DNA of 32,000 nt from Bacillus subtilis subsp. subtilis str. 168 (GCF_000009045.1 NC_000964.3:2370001-2402000), one strand, 5' to 3'. Shown: positions 1 through 11,854, numbered from the stretch's first letter. The notes: generated from the letters alone by a model not told the origin. Numbers and translations: made by a program.

Positions 1-366
1 TCCGACAAATTGATAGCGGCTAGGCAGCACTTGATCAGCGTAATCAACCACTTTTTGCTTTGTGCTTCCTACATCCGTAATCAAAAGCTCATGTTCAATT
101 CCTGAATGAGCCAGCTCTTCAAGCATAACCAGTGTTTGTTCAACAGGTGTCGCAATGATTACTGTAGCTGCCTCTTTCACACCGCTAATAAACGAATCAG
201 CACGATCGTCTATCACGCCTAATTTTAATGCCGCTACCGCCTGTTCATCAGAGATGTCGATTCCGATAATCCGTTTGCCGGGATGATTTTTTTTGATGGC
301 TAGGGCAATCGAACCGCCTATCAATCCGAGACCGGCGAGCAATATTGTATCTTTCATTTGATTCAT
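1..366 (-). CDS. tyrA: Prephenate dehydrogenase, first 122 codons only (rest of gene lies beyond window edge)
   Basis: Reverse complement of 366..1 reads in frame as MNQMKDTILLAGLGLIGGSIALAIKKNHPGKRIIGIDISDEQ... The Rossmann GxGxxG motif is present (GLGLIGGS). An SD (AGGTGA) lies upstream of the ATG at 366..364. The frame stays open to position 1. It sits directly downstream of hisC, as in the B. subtilis aro supraoperon. Confidence 0.85.
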   Translation of the reverse strand, partial: MNQMKDTILLAGLGLIGGSIALAIKKNHPGKRIIGIDISDEQAVAALKLGVIDDRADSFISGVKEAATVIIATPVEQTLVMLEELAHSGIEHELLITDVGSTKQKVVDYADQVLPSRYQFVG

Positions 367-414
367 ACGTCATCACCTGGTTTATAGACTAAAGAGGTGA
401 TATTTGATCACCTC

Positions 415-1497
415 TTATAAAATTTCAGCTAAAATGGCAAGTATTTCTTCATTTTGCTCTTTTGTTCCGATCGTAATCCGGAGTGATGTCGGGAAACCTA
501 ATGCGTTTCCTGACCGGACGATATAGCCTTTTTCCAGCAGAGCCTGAAACAGTTCATCAGCAGGACGTTTAAAGTCAATTAACACAAAATTTGTCTGTGA
601 AGGGTAGCACTTTAAACCATGAGTTTTCGCAAAATCATAATACTGCTGAAGGCCTGCATTATTTTGCTCGACACAGGAAGCAATAAACGCTTGATCATCA
701 AGTGCTGCAATCGCCGCAGCCTGGCCCAGACGGCTGGTATTAAACGGCTCTCTCGCCGGCTCAATCTGGCGAATCAGGTTCTCGTCAGCAATTCCGTATC
801 CGACTCTGAGCGCTGCCAGACCGTATGCCTTTGAAAATGTGCGCAAAATCATCAAATTGGAATACTTGCTTAAGAGCGGCACGGTTTCCGGGTAATCCTC
901 TGCTGTTACATATTCATAATATGCTTCGTCAAGAACGACAAGGACACGAGAAGGAACGCGCTCCAGAAATGCGAGTAATTCTCCTTCAGATGTATAAGTG
1001 CCAGTCGGATTATTCGGGCTGCATATCCAAACGACTTGTGTCTGTTCGTCGATGGCTTCTAACATGGCGTCTAAATCATGTGAGCCGTCGGGACGAAGTG
1101 CAATTTCACGTACTTCAGCACCTTCAATAACCGCATTATGTTTATATTGCGGAAAAGTGGGGGCAGCAGTAACCGTGTTTGTTTTATCGTTTAAAAATGC
1201 CCGGCAGATGATCTGTATGATTTCATCAGAACCGTTGCCGAAAATAAGTGATGTTTCGCTGACATTGAGGTGCTTACTGAGCCTTGTCCGCAAAGCGGCG
1301 CTATACCCGTCCGGGTAAAGGGCTAGCTGTTGAATCTCATGATGAAGCGCCTCTTTTGCAGCCTCTGAACAGCCGTAAGGATTCTCGTTTGAAGCAAGCT
1401 TCACAACTTTATCCAAGCCATATTCTGATTTCACTGCTTCAATCGGCTTTCCAGGCTGATAAGGCTTCAGCTGTTTTAAATGTTCTTTGATACGCAA
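415..1497 (-). CDS. hisC: Histidinol-phosphate / aromatic aminotransferase (class II, PLP-dependent)
   Basis: The ORF runs 415..1506. The PLP-lysine context is [10 protein letters not shown], and SNENPYG and SPNNPTG motifs are present. The start is placed at TTG 1497 (360 aa). The upstream GTG at 1506 lies inside the SD (AGGTGA) that serves the TTG. Confidence 0.9.
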   Translation of the reverse strand: MRIKEHLKQLKPYQPGKPIEAVKSEYGLDKVVKLASNENPYGCSEAAKEALHHEIQQLALYPDGYSAALRTRLSKHLNVSETSLIFGNGSDEIIQIICRAFLNDKTNTVTAAPTFPQYKHNAVIEGAEVREIALRPDGSHDLDAMLEAIDEQTQVVWICSPNNPTGTYTSEGELLAFLERVPSRVLVVLDEAYYEYVTAEDYPETVPLLSKYSNLMILRTFSKAYGLAALRVGYGIADENLIRQIEPAREPFNTSRLGQAAAIAALDDQAFIASCVEQNNAGLQQYYDFAKTHGLKCYPSQTNFVLIDFKRPADELFQALLEKGYIVRSGNALGFPTSLRITIGTKEQNEEILAILAEIL

Positions 1498-1507
1498 ATC
1501 AGTCACC

Positions 1508-2311
1508 TCATTTTAAACTGTACAAGCCGCTAAACGCCATTGCATAATCCTCAAACTCCTGCAGCGCCTGATTTCTCGTTTCAGCGCTGATGAGCCGGTC
1601 CTTTAATTCTTCTATTTTTCTGACGAGCGCACTTCCCACTACGACACCGTCACTAATTTCATTCATCTTTATGACCTGTTCACGGTTTGATATACCGAAC
1701 CCTACAGCAACCGGAACAGTGCTGAGATTCTTCACAGTACGAATGAACGGGTACACGGATGAATTGAACTCATTGCGGACACCGGTCACACCCAGAGAAG
1801 ATACACAGTAGACGAACCCCTCGGCTTGTTCAATAATGGTTTTCAAACGGCTTTCGCTTGTCGGCGCAACTAAAGAAATATACGTCACCTCATGGCTTTT
1901 ACATTCCTCTTGAAGGCTGTTGCTTTCTTCTAATGGCAGATCCGGAACAAGCAGACCGTCAATATGATTTTCCCGCAGTAAAGCGAAAAAGTATTCTTTG
2001 TTCAATTGTAACACAGGATTATAATACGTAAAGAGGATAATCGGAATATTCACTCCGTTTTTTTTCATTTCTCCGCCTAATTCGATTGCCTTTACGATAT
2101 TCATTCCTTGATCAAGCGCCCGCTTTGAAGCCCGCTGGATCACCGGACCGTCTGCAAGCGGGTCAGAGTATGCAACACCAAGCTCCAATGCTGTGGCGCC
2201 TGCTTTTTGGAGTGACTTCGCCAGTTCAATCGAAACCTCAGGAACTGGATCGCCCGCCGTAATAAACGGGATAAACAATTTTTCTGATGGTTGAAGATCC
2301 AATTTAAACAT
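1508..2311 (-). CDS. trpA: Tryptophan synthase alpha chain
   Basis: 267-aa ORF with the TrpA signature [14 protein letters not shown]. It overlaps the trpB stop by 8 nt. Confidence 0.95.
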   Translation of the reverse strand: MFKLDLQPSEKLFIPFITAGDPVPEVSIELAKSLQKAGATALELGVAYSDPLADGPVIQRASKRALDQGMNIVKAIELGGEMKKNGVNIPIILFTYYNPVLQLNKEYFFALLRENHIDGLLVPDLPLEESNSLQEECKSHEVTYISLVAPTSESRLKTIIEQAEGFVYCVSSLGVTGVRNEFNSSVYPFIRTVKNLSTVPVAVGFGISNREQVIKMNEISDGVVVGSALVRKIEELKDRLISAETRNQALQEFEDYAMAFSGLYSLK

Positions 2312-3506
2312 GGGCTTTCACCTCTTCTTCCAATACATTCATTAATGTGTTGACATCCTTGTCTCCCCGGCCTGATAAACAGACGAGAATGAGTTGACCG
2401 CGATCCATTCCTTTGGCGAGTTTGAATGCTTTCGCTAACGCATGGGCAGATTCGATTGCCGGCAAAATCCCCTCTTTTTCTGACAAAAGCTTTAATGCAT
2501 CCACCGCTTCTTCATCGGTTATACTGTCATAAGTGACACGGCCGCTTTTATGCAAATATGCATGCTCCGGACCGATTCCAGGATAGTCGAGACCGGCTGA
2601 AATAGAGTAGGGCTCAATAATTTGCCCGAACTCATCCTGAATGAGATAAGTCAATGAACCGTGAATAACCCCTACGGTTCCTTTCGAAATAGTGGCGGCA
2701 TGAAGAGGTGTATCAATTCCTTTTCCTGCTGCTTCAGCGCCGATCAGTTCAACATCTTCATTTAAAAATGCCTGAAACATACCCATCGCATTGCTTCCTC
2801 CGCCTACACATGCCACTACTTTATCAGGCATAGTGCCTTCAATACGTTTCAACTGATCCTTCGCTTCCTCTCCGATCATTTTTTGAAATTCACGGACCAC
2901 TTGCGGATAAGGATGCGGGCCGACAACTGATCCAATCATATAAAAGTGATCCTCACAATGCTGAACCCAGTACCGGATCGCCTCATTTGTGGCATCCTTC
3001 AATGTTCCGTTTCCGCTTGTTACAGGCACTACCTCCGCTCCAAGAAGCTTCATGCGGAAAACGTTCAGAGACTGGCGGGCAACATCCTCTTCACCCATAA
3101 ACACAGTACAGGAAAAGCCGAATTTGGCTGCAACTGTTGCAGCGGCAACACCATGCTGGCCGGCACCGGTTTCAGCAATGATTTTCGTTTTGCCCATTTT
3201 TTTAGCAAGCAGCGCTTGACCTAGCGCATTATTGATTTTATGAGAACCTGTATGGTTTAAATCTTCTCGTTTCAAATAGATTTTCGCGCCGCCTAAGTAT
3301 TCAGTGACTCGATCAGCGTATGTTAATGCAGTCGGGCGTCCGGAATAGTCCTTTAACAGCTTATAATACTCTTCACGAAAAGCGGGATCATCCTTGATTT
3401 GTTTAAATGCTGTTTGTATTTCATCTAACGGCTGCATGAGTGTTTCCGGAACAAACTTTCCGCCAAAATCACCGTATCTGCCTATTTCATTCGGATATGG
3501 ATACAT
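2304..3506 (-). CDS. trpB: Tryptophan synthase beta chain
   Basis: 400-aa ORF. The PLP-lysine motif [11 protein letters not shown] and the GGGSNAMG loop are present. It overlaps the trpF 3' end by 20 nt. Confidence 0.95.
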   Translation of the reverse strand: MYPYPNEIGRYGDFGGKFVPETLMQPLDEIQTAFKQIKDDPAFREEYYKLLKDYSGRPTALTYADRVTEYLGGAKIYLKREDLNHTGSHKINNALGQALLAKKMGKTKIIAETGAGQHGVAAATVAAKFGFSCTVFMGEEDVARQSLNVFRMKLLGAEVVPVTSGNGTLKDATNEAIRYWVQHCEDHFYMIGSVVGPHPYPQVVREFQKMIGEEAKDQLKRIEGTMPDKVVACVGGGSNAMGMFQAFLNEDVELIGAEAAGKGIDTPLHAATISKGTVGVIHGSLTYLIQDEFGQIIEPYSISAGLDYPGIGPEHAYLHKSGRVTYDSITDEEAVDALKLLSEKEGILPAIESAHALAKAFKLAKGMDRGQLILVCLSGRGDKDVNTLMNVLEEEVKAHV

Positions 3507-4134
3507 ATCGGTTCATCCTTTCTTCTAAAAGCCTCATCAGATTCTGATCTTTTTGTCCGTTTTTTTCAATTCCGCTGGCAAGGTCAATTCCTTCTGGCTG
3601 CCATTTCAATAGGCGTGTGATGCTATCCGGATTCACGCCGCCAGCGATAAAGCAGCGTTTACCAATAGCCGCCTGCTGATATTCCGGCACACATTCCCAA
3701 GAAAATGCAACACCAGTTCCGCCTCTAGACCCTTTTACAGATGAATCAATCACAAAGCCGTCAACATTATCTTTAAAGCGGGCTATTTCTTGAGTTGTGT
3801 TATCTTGATGGTGAAGCGCCTTCCATATTTCACAGCCTGTCAGCTTGCGAAGAGCAGCAGCATCCGCCGGTTTTTCATCACCGTGAAGCTGAATGACGTC
3901 GAGCTTCAAGCTCTTGGCAATACGTGACATCGTCTCTATTGATTCATTAACAAAAACACCTGCAACCTGTTTTTCGACACGAACTTGGTTCAGCCATTTT
4001 TTCACATCTTCCGGAGATACTTTTCGTTTGCTTTCAGCAAAAATAAATCCTAGGTAATCAGCCTGTGATTCCGCCGCAAGCTGCAAATCCTTTAGTGACC
4101 GAATACCGCAATATTTTAATGCCGGTTTCTTCAC
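3487..4134 (-). CDS. trpF: N-(5'-phosphoribosyl)anthranilate isomerase
   Basis: The ORF runs 3487..4158. I prefer the GTG start at 4134 (215 aa, [13 protein letters not shown]...), which follows the SD GGGAGTGAGG. The alternative ATG at 4158 would overlap trpC by 20 nt. Confidence 0.9.
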   Translation of the reverse strand: MKKPALKYCGIRSLKDLQLAAESQADYLGFIFAESKRKVSPEDVKKWLNQVRVEKQVAGVFVNESIETMSRIAKSLKLDVIQLHGDEKPADAAALRKLTGCEIWKALHHQDNTTQEIARFKDNVDGFVIDSSVKGSRGGTGVAFSWECVPEYQQAAIGKRCFIAGGVNPDSITRLLKWQPEGIDLASGIEKNGQKDQNLMRLLEERMNRYVSISE

Positions 4135-4138
4135 AACC

Positions 4139-4888
4139 TCACTCCCTAAACAAAGCATGGATTGCTTTACGCTGAGAAGTTTGTCTCATCAATGATTCAC
4201 CGATAAGTACAGCTCGCGCCCCATGTTCATTGACAAATGTTAAATGTTCTAAAGAACCGATTCCGCTTTCGCTGACAAGCAAGGATTCTTTCGGAACGAG
4301 AGATGCGATTTGTTCTGTCTGCTTTACAGATGTTTCAAACGTTTTTAGGTTTCGATTATTTACGCCGAGAATGTCGGGTGTGAACACTTTCAATATTTGT
4401 TCTAGCGTTGATGCATCATGAACCTCCACTAACACGTCCATCCCCTTTTCACCTGCTTCAAGATATAATTCATGAAGGTGTAAGGGATCAAGCACCTCGC
4501 CGATTAACAATATGGCATCCGCTCCGATTCTTCTTGATTCCTCTACTTGAAGAGAATCAATAAAATCTTTTCTAAGTACAGGAATCGAAACAGCACGCTT
4601 TACGTCTGATAAATAGCTGTTTTCCCCTTGAAAAAACGGGGTGTCTGTTAAAACGGAAATCGCATCTGCCTTCGCAGCCTCATAGTCTTTTGCAATCTGC
4701 ACAGGTACAAAATCCTCTTTAATAAGCCCTTTTGACGGCGATGCTTTCTTCACTTCGGCAATCAACCCGATAAACCGATTCGGGCTTGCCAGCGCCTCCT
4801 TAAATGAACGTTTCTCGAAAGGCTGCTCTACCGGCAGAACCAGTGTTTTCACTTCTTCTTTCTTTTGTTTGATGATTTTTTCAAGCAT
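4139..4888 (-). CDS. trpC: Indole-3-glycerol-phosphate synthase (249 codons; appears to lack one Ile codon, see findings)
   Basis: The ORF carries IGPS motifs ([26 protein letters not shown]). Its ATG overlaps the trpD stop by 8 nt. Confidence 0.93.
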
Positions 4889-5897
4889 AGATCTCTTCCT
4901 CTTTCTGCTTTAGTCGTTCAAGCTGCGCGGCAGCGCCTCCGCTTGTAATCGTCTCTAACGCCAGCTCCGTTCCTTCCTTCAGTGAGGCGGTAATTCCCGC
5001 CGTGTAAATCGCAGCACCCGCATTAAAAGCCGTAATAGATAAAGCGGAACTGCTGCTTTTATTTTCAAAAATATTCTGAATGAGATAAGCGCTCTCTTTC
5101 GGAGACTGCACCTGTAAATCTTCAAGTCTGCCATTTGTGAAACCGAAATCTTCGGGTGAAACGGTATACTCCCGGCGCTCTCCGTCCTTTAATTCAATCA
5201 CGTCGGTCGGTGCTGTAATTGAAAGCTCATCTAAACCGTCACGGCTTGATACAAACATAACGTGCTTCGGCTGAAACGTCTCCAGTGCGCTTGCCATCAG
5301 TCCAGCTTTTTCAACAGAATAGACCCCAATCACCTGACGCTTCGCCTGTAAAGGATTGCTGAGCGGCCCAAGCAGATTAAATACCGTTCTGAAACCTAGC
5401 TCTTTTCTAGTACCTGCTACATGTTTCATAGACGAATGGTAAAGCGGCGCAAAAAGAAATCCCATGTTGTTTGTTTCAATGCTGCTTTTGACCTTTTCGG
5501 GAGTGGTTTGAATAGAAACCTCTAGCTCCTCTAAAACATCAGCGCTTCCGCTTTTAGAAGAGACAGAGCGATTGCCATGCTTAGCGATTTTCGCACCAGC
5601 TGCCGAGGCAACAATTGCCGAGGCCGTTGAGATATTAAAAGTGGAAATACCGTCTCCCCCTGTTCCGCATGTATCAACAATATCAGGAAGTCCATCGACT
5701 GTAAGAGCGTGTGCCCGCATTGCCTTCACAAAACCCGCAAGCTCTTCTGGCGTCTCCCCCCGATGAGCAAGAATTGACAATATCCCCCCCATTTCAGAAG
5801 GAGTCATTTCCGCTGCCATCATCATATTCATCAGCGTTTCAGCCTCACCGGCAGTAAGGGTTTTTCCGTCAACGCACAATTGTAGAAATCTGTTCAT
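4881..5897 (-). CDS. trpD: Anthranilate phosphoribosyltransferase
   Basis: The ORF runs 4881..5936. The start is trimmed to ATG 5897 (338 aa, [15 protein letters not shown]...). The CGTGGDG and KHGNRS motifs are present. It overlaps the trpE 3' end by 29 nt. Confidence 0.92.
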
Positions 5898-7416
5898 CAG
5901 CTTTATCCTCCTTGCTATGAAACATGTCTTCTGCAATATGAATCGTTTTCAGCAGCGCACCGGCTTTATTACAGCTTTCTTCGTATTCGGCTTCCGGAAC
6001 AGAATCAGCAACAATGCCAGCACCTGCCTGTATCGATGCAACACCGTTCTTTACACTCATCGTGCGAATCGTAATACAAGAGTCGATATTCCCGTCAAAC
6101 CCAATGTAGGCAATACACCCTCCGTATGTCTCTCTCGGTGTTGGCTCGAGTTCTTGCAAAAGCTGCATGGCACGGATTTTGGGTGCGCCTGTTAAAGTCC
6201 CCGCCGGGAAAGCAGACATCAGTGCATCGACAGGATGAACCCCTTTTTTCAATCGGCCTGTAACCACCGAGATAATGTGCATGACATGTGAAAAGGAAAC
6301 AATTTTTGTGAACTCCGGCACAGAAACAGAACCATACTCTGCTACTCTGCCGATATCGTTTCGGGCAAGATCAACGAGCATGTAATGCTCCGCTTTTTCT
6401 TTTTCATCCTTCATGAGCTCAACCTTCAGTCTCTCATCTTCAGCTTTGTCTGCACCGCGTTTTCTCGTACCGGCAATCGGATGGATTTCTAAGTGCCCGT
6501 CTTGAACGTGTATTAACCGTTCCGGAGAGCTGCCGACTATTTCTCTGTCTAGCAGTTTCATATAATACATATACGGCGAAGGATTGACGATCCTAAGCAC
6601 TCGGTATAACTCAAAAGCATCTGCTTTTATCGGCACCTCAAATTTTTGTGATAAAACACCCTGGAAGATATCGCCTGCTTTTATATAGCTTTTGATTTTT
6701 TCTACATCAGCCATAAAAGCCGATTTTTCATAATTAGAAGATACTGTCTCAAAGCTGGGTGTCTTGTATGAATCAGCAGAAAGAAACAGCTCTTTTATGT
6801 TTTTTTGGTCCATCATTTTTTCAATGAGATTTTGAAGCTCCAGATGATTTTGATGGAATACATCCATTTTTTCGTTTTTTGTTTCCTCTCCAGTGAGCCT
6901 TGCATATTGGATAAAGTGGACGTTTTTGGTTTCATGATCATACGCAATTAATGTCCGGCAAACAAACAGCATACACTTTTCCATGTCTGTTTCTTTGGTA
7001 TGCGAAGGAACAGAAGGCTCAATCAGCGGGATCATATCATAGCTTAAGTACCCGACAGCTCCGCCGACAAAAGGAATGCCAAGCTCAGGTGTTTTGATTT
7101 TGTATGTGGTATTCATCCAGTTCAGCACTTCTTTTAGTTCATTTCCTGTGTAAAGAGATTTGCTGTCCTGATCAGCGGCCGAAAAACGGCCCTGCTCTTC
7201 TTTAATTGTGAGAAATGGATTCAGGCCGATAAACGAATATCTGGACCAAGTGGATGTATCGTCCTTGCTTTCAAGAAGATACGTAATCTCCCTGTCAAGC
7301 TTCTCTATCATTTGAATGGGTGTCAGTGTATCGACTGTGAAGGTCTCCACAATCGGTATCGTGTGGTGGGACAAGCTGTCCTCTAAAAATGCGGAAATGT
7401 TTGATTGGAAATTCAT
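5869..7416 (-). CDS. trpE: Anthranilate synthase component I
   Basis: The ORF runs 5869..7425. The start is trimmed to ATG 7416 (515 aa, MNFQSNISAFLED...), which follows the SD AAGGAGTGA. The chorismate-binding C-terminal motifs GTLTGAPK and GAGIVADS are present. Confidence 0.95.
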   Translation of the reverse strand: MNFQSNISAFLEDSLSHHTIPIVETFTVDTLTPIQMIEKLDREITYLLESKDDTSTWSRYSFIGLNPFLTIKEEQGRFSAADQDSKSLYTGNELKEVLNWMNTTYKIKTPELGIPFVGGAVGYLSYDMIPLIEPSVPSHTKETDMEKCMLFVCRTLIAYDHETKNVHFIQYARLTGEETKNEKMDVFHQNHLELQNLIEKMMDQKNIKELFLSADSYKTPSFETVSSNYEKSAFMADVEKIKSYIKAGDIFQGVLSQKFEVPIKADAFELYRVLRIVNPSPYMYYMKLLDREIVGSSPERLIHVQDGHLEIHPIAGTRKRGADKAEDERLKVELMKDEKEKAEHYMLVDLARNDIGRVAEYGSVSVPEFTKIVSFSHVMHIISVVTGRLKKGVHPVDALMSAFPAGTLTGAPKIRAMQLLQELEPTPRETYGGCIAYIGFDGNIDSCITIRTMSVKNGVASIQAGAGIVADSVPEAEYEESCNKAGALLKTIHIAEDMFHSKEDKADEQISTIVR

Positions 7417-7477
7417 TGCTCTCACTCCTTATGGCAAGGAGAATGAGAAGATGGCATGAGAGGATAAAATACTATAT

Positions 7478-7511
7478 AACAAATAAACCCAAAAGAAAGA
7501 CTTCTTTTGGG
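7478..7511 (-). terminator. trp leader attenuator (intrinsic terminator)
   Basis: The minus-strand RNA reads CCCAAAAGAA-GUCU-UUCUUUUGGG, a 10-bp stem spanning 7488..7511. It is followed by UUUAUUUGUU. It lies between the (G/U)AG array and the trpE SD. Confidence 0.85.
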
Positions 7512-7528
7512 TAGAATAAACATAATGT

Positions 7529-7584
7529 CTCAGCTCAACTAAACTCATTCTCTGCTACCCTATTCTCTAACTCAACTCATTCTA
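7529..7584 (-). promoter_or_regulatory. TRAP (MtrB) binding site: 11 (G/U)AG triplets in the trp leader RNA
   Basis: CTC/CTA triplets on the plus strand correspond to GAG/UAG in the leader RNA. They start at 7529, 7534, 7539, 7544, 7550, 7555, 7560, 7565, 7571, 7576 and 7582. The spacers are 2-3 nt. Confidence 0.9.
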
Positions 7585-7618
7585 ATTGCTTTATACACAC
7601 TCTTGTGTATTTCTAAGC

Positions 7619-7655
7619 TGTTCTTATCGTATTACAATTCAGTATTTTTTGTCAA
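7619..7655 (-). promoter_or_regulatory. trp operon sigma-A promoter, embedded in the 3' end of aroH
   Basis: The -35 TTGACA is the complement of 7650..7655. A -10-like TACGAT/TAATAC lies around 7626..7634, giving a 16-18 nt spacer. This implies a leader of about 200 nt before the trpE ATG. The exact -10 register is uncertain. Confidence 0.6.
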
Positions 7656-8015
7656 TGATAAATCGGGCCTCAATACGACAACTTTTTCTAAATATACATG
7701 TCTGATCTGATCCTGAGGGACATCTGTCTGGACCGTCATCATGACTCTTATGCACTTTTTCAGACCGCCTGTTACGTCCATTTCCTGCATACATGTTACC
7801 GGTACATACTGCCATCCTGAAAGCTCGCGAACAGCTTTTGCCGGGAAAACAGCGTGCAAATCAGGTGTAGCCGACAGAAGCATTTGAACAACATCTTCCG
7901 GTTTTGTATGATTTTCTTCTATGATTTTCTCTAACAGCTGTTTAGTTTTTTGTAAAATTTCTTCTTCAGTATCCCGTTCAACTGTAGTTGCTCCGCGAAT
8001 TCCGCGAATCATCAT
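7632..8015 (-). CDS. aroH: Chorismate mutase (AroH class)
   Basis: The ORF runs 7632..8036. The start is trimmed to ATG 8015 (127 aa, [15 protein letters not shown]...), which follows the SD GGAGGAG. It abuts the aroB stop. Confidence 0.92.
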   Translation of the reverse strand: MMIRGIRGATTVERDTEEEILQKTKQLLEKIIEENHTKPEDVVQMLLSATPDLHAVFPAKAVRELSGWQYVPVTCMQEMDVTGGLKKCIRVMMTVQTDVPQDQIRHVYLEKVVVLRPDLSLTKNTEL

Positions 8016-9100
8016 GATGTCTCCTCCAATCGCCATTTGTTCAGCCAGCTCTCAAGTTCATTTCTGGAAAATGTATGATCAGCAACTTTCCCTAATTCGT
8101 TGAGCACAATAAACTGAATCTTCCCGCCACGGGTTTTCTTATCATTCATCATACGGTTCAAGAGAACCGAAGTTTCCGTCTCTTTTCTGATTTGACTTGG
8201 ATAACCCAGGCTTTTTAGCCAGCTGACCAAACGTTTTCTGTCCATTTCACAGCCTACAGTCTTTTCGCTTATATATAAAGCAAACTGCATTCCGAGGGCT
8301 ACGGCATCACCGTGAGTGATCTGCCCATATCCATATTCCGCCTCAACGGCATGGCCGAGCGTATGCCCAAAGTTTAAGTAAGCTCTTATCCCCTCTTCTT
8401 TTTCATCCTGCTGAACGACAGACGCTTTAATTGAAATGCCTTTAAAAATCATGTCATTCAGCTGATCATTAGTGATATCACGCAGTGAGTGGATATTCAG
8501 CAGCTCCTCCAGAAACGCTCTGTCATAGATAAAAGCGTGTTTAATCACTTCTGCCATTCCGGACCTAAGCTCTTTTTCAGGCAGAGAACGCAGGAAATCT
8601 GTATCATAGAGCACGGCTTTCGGCTGATAAAACGCACCGATTAGATTTTTTCCAAGCGGATGGTTCACGGCTACTTTTCCTCCGACTGCGCTGTCATGCG
8701 CCAAGAGCGTCGTAGGCATTTGGATGAAATCAATGCCGCGCATAAAAGTGGCAGCCACAAAACCGGCAAGATCCCCTACAACACCGCCACCGAATGCGAT
8801 GATGCATGAGGAGCGATCCATATGAAAACGAATCGCTTCACTCTGCAATTTTGTGTACATGTCCATGGATTTTGCCTGCTCTCCACTCGGTACCGTCACT
8901 TTTTTCACAGGCCATTTTTCTTGCAGCAAATGGAGCATTTCATCACCATACAGGCGGTCCACTTCTTCATCCGTGACAAACATAATCCTTGTTAAAGGCC
9001 TGTTTAAAGAGGTTAATAGTTCGCAAGCCTTTTTTCTGATACCTTGTCCGATAAAAACAGGATATGACGAGGAAGCAGTTTGAACATGCAGTGTCTTCAT
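8012..9100 (-). CDS. aroB: 3-dehydroquinate synthase
   Basis: 362-aa ORF. The [11 protein letters not shown] nucleotide-binding loop and the metal-binding HTLGHAVE motif are present. Its start overlaps the aroF stop by 1 nt (TAATG). Confidence 0.93.
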   Translation of the reverse strand: MKTLHVQTASSSYPVFIGQGIRKKACELLTSLNRPLTRIMFVTDEEVDRLYGDEMLHLLQEKWPVKKVTVPSGEQAKSMDMYTKLQSEAIRFHMDRSSCIIAFGGGVVGDLAGFVAATFMRGIDFIQMPTTLLAHDSAVGGKVAVNHPLGKNLIGAFYQPKAVLYDTDFLRSLPEKELRSGMAEVIKHAFIYDRAFLEELLNIHSLRDITNDQLNDMIFKGISIKASVVQQDEKEEGIRAYLNFGHTLGHAVEAEYGYGQITHGDAVALGMQFALYISEKTVGCEMDRKRLVSWLKSLGYPSQIRKETETSVLLNRMMNDKKTRGGKIQFIVLNELGKVADHTFSRNELESWLNKWRLEETS

Positions 9101-10272
9101 TAAAATTCCCTCGACAGTTTTCTCATATTCTCCACATTTTCTCTAATGCGGTCAATTTGATCTAATCCGAATTGTTCAACGACTGCGTTCGCAATTTCCC
9201 AAGCGACAGCCGCTTCAGCGACTACACTTGCCGCAGGAACAGCACAGCTGTCTGAACGTTCAATGCTGGCAGAAAACGGTTCTTTCGTTTCAATATCGAC
9301 ACTTTTCAGCGGTTTATACAAAGTCGGAATCGGCTTCATGACTCCGCGGACAACAATCGGCATCCCTGTCGTCATGCCGCCTTCCAGTCCGCCAAGTCTG
9401 TTAGTAGCACGGGTGTATCCTTTTTCCTCGTCCCAAATGATCTCGTCATGGACTTCGCTTCCATTTCGCCCTGCTGCCTCAAATCCGATGCCGAATTCCA
9501 CACCTTTAAATGCGTTAATTGACAGAACAGCGGCAGCAAGCTTGCTATCCAGCTTGCGGTCATAATGGACATAGCTGCCCACGCCTACCGGCATTCCCTC
9601 GACAATGACTTCTACTATTCCGCCGATGGAATCTCCGTTTGCCTTTGCTTCATCAATGGCAGCCATCATTTTTTTGCCTGCCTCTTCATCGTAGCATCTG
9701 ACAGGAGACTCTTCCGTTACACGCTGCAAGTCTTCAATTGACGTATACTCTGTTTTTTCAGCTTTAACAGCGCCAATTTGCAACACGTGGCCCGCCACCT
9801 TAATGCCAAGCTCAGAAAGAATCTTTTTAGCTACAGCCCCTGCCGCCACTCTGACAGTTGTTTCCCTTGCTGAAGAACGCTCAAGCACATTTCTCATATC
9901 ACGATGATTATATTTAATTGCACCGTTTAAGTCAGCGTGCCCAGGTCTCGGTCTGGAAATCTGGCGCTTCATTTCCTTTTCTTCATCTTCTGTAATCGGA
10001 GCGGCGCCCATGATTTTTGTCCAATGCTTCCAATCGTTATTTTCAACTACGAGAGCAATTGGCGAACCGAGTGTACGTGCATGGCGCACCCCGCTCATAA
10101 TTTTGGCCTGGTCTTTTTCGATCTGCATGCGGCGGCCGCGGCCGTGTCCTTTTTGGCGTCTGGCAAGCTCAAAATTGATATCTTCCTCCGTTATGTAAAG
10201 CCCGGCAGGTACACCCTCAATAATGGTTGTCAGTTGGGGGCCGTGTGATTCTCCGGCTGTTAAATATCTCAT
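9100..10272 (-). CDS. aroF: Chorismate synthase
   Basis: The ORF runs 9100..10290. The start is trimmed to ATG 10272 (390 aa, [14 protein letters not shown]...), which follows the SD GGGAGAAG. Chorismate synthase signatures GESHG and RSSARET are present. Confidence 0.93.
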   Translation of the reverse strand: MRYLTAGESHGPQLTTIIEGVPAGLYITEEDINFELARRQKGHGRGRRMQIEKDQAKIMSGVRHARTLGSPIALVVENNDWKHWTKIMGAAPITEDEEKEMKRQISRPRPGHADLNGAIKYNHRDMRNVLERSSARETTVRVAAGAVAKKILSELGIKVAGHVLQIGAVKAEKTEYTSIEDLQRVTEESPVRCYDEEAGKKMMAAIDEAKANGDSIGGIVEVIVEGMPVGVGSYVHYDRKLDSKLAAAVLSINAFKGVEFGIGFEAAGRNGSEVHDEIIWDEEKGYTRATNRLGGLEGGMTTGMPIVVRGVMKPIPTLYKPLKSVDIETKEPFSASIERSDSCAVPAASVVAEAAVAWEIANAVVEQFGLDQIDRIRENVENMRKLSREF

Positions 10273-10315
10273 GACTTCTTCTCCCTTCATCGCATTAACG
10301 CTTTTAAGTAAGACT

Positions 10316-10345
10316 ACTATAACATATTTTTCAGCAAAAAGTCAG
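10316..10345 (-). promoter_or_regulatory. Candidate sigma-A promoter of aroF (extended -10)
   Basis: The minus strand reads CTGACT-18 nt-TATAGT, with a TG one nt upstream of the -10 (TGtTATAGT). It lies between the cheR stop and the aroF SD. Called by eye only. Confidence 0.4.
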
Positions 10346-10346
10346 T

Positions 10347-11331
<985 letters not shown>

Positions 11332-11353
11332 CTGTTGCTTATTTTCACAATGA

Positions 11354-11803
11354 TTAATAGATCCAGCCTGCCATAAGCTGCTGATATGATACTAATTCTT
11401 CATTCTTAAAGAAAATGTTAATCTCGCGTTCTGCACTTTCGAGAGAATCAGAGCCGTGGATGATGTTTTTTCCGACAAACATGCCATAATCCCCACGAAT
11501 CGTACCAGGTAAAGCTTCTTTAGGGTTTGTTTTCCCGATCAGCTGTCTCGTCACTTCAATGACATTTTCGCCTTCCCACACCATTGCGAATACAGGTCCT
11601 GAAGTAATAAACTCAACGAGCTCTCCGAAGAAAGGCTTACCTTGATGTTCGGCGTAGTGTTTCTCAGCCATTTGTTCAGTCACTCTCATTAACTTGGCGC
11701 CAGCTAATTGTAAGCCCTTACGTTCGAATCTAGATAAAATGTCCCCAATGAGCTGACGTTGGACACCGTCTGGTTTCACCATGATAAAAGTCTTTTCCAT
11801 CAT
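11354..11803 (-). CDS. ndk: Nucleoside diphosphate kinase
   Basis: The ORF runs 11354..11848. The start is trimmed to ATG 11803 (149 aa, [14 protein letters not shown]...), which follows the SD GGGGTGGAG. The active-site context is NIIHGSDS. Confidence 0.93.
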
Positions 11804-11854
11804 ATTCTCCACCCCATCATTATGTATGTATAGGCTTTCACACTGCACACCGAA

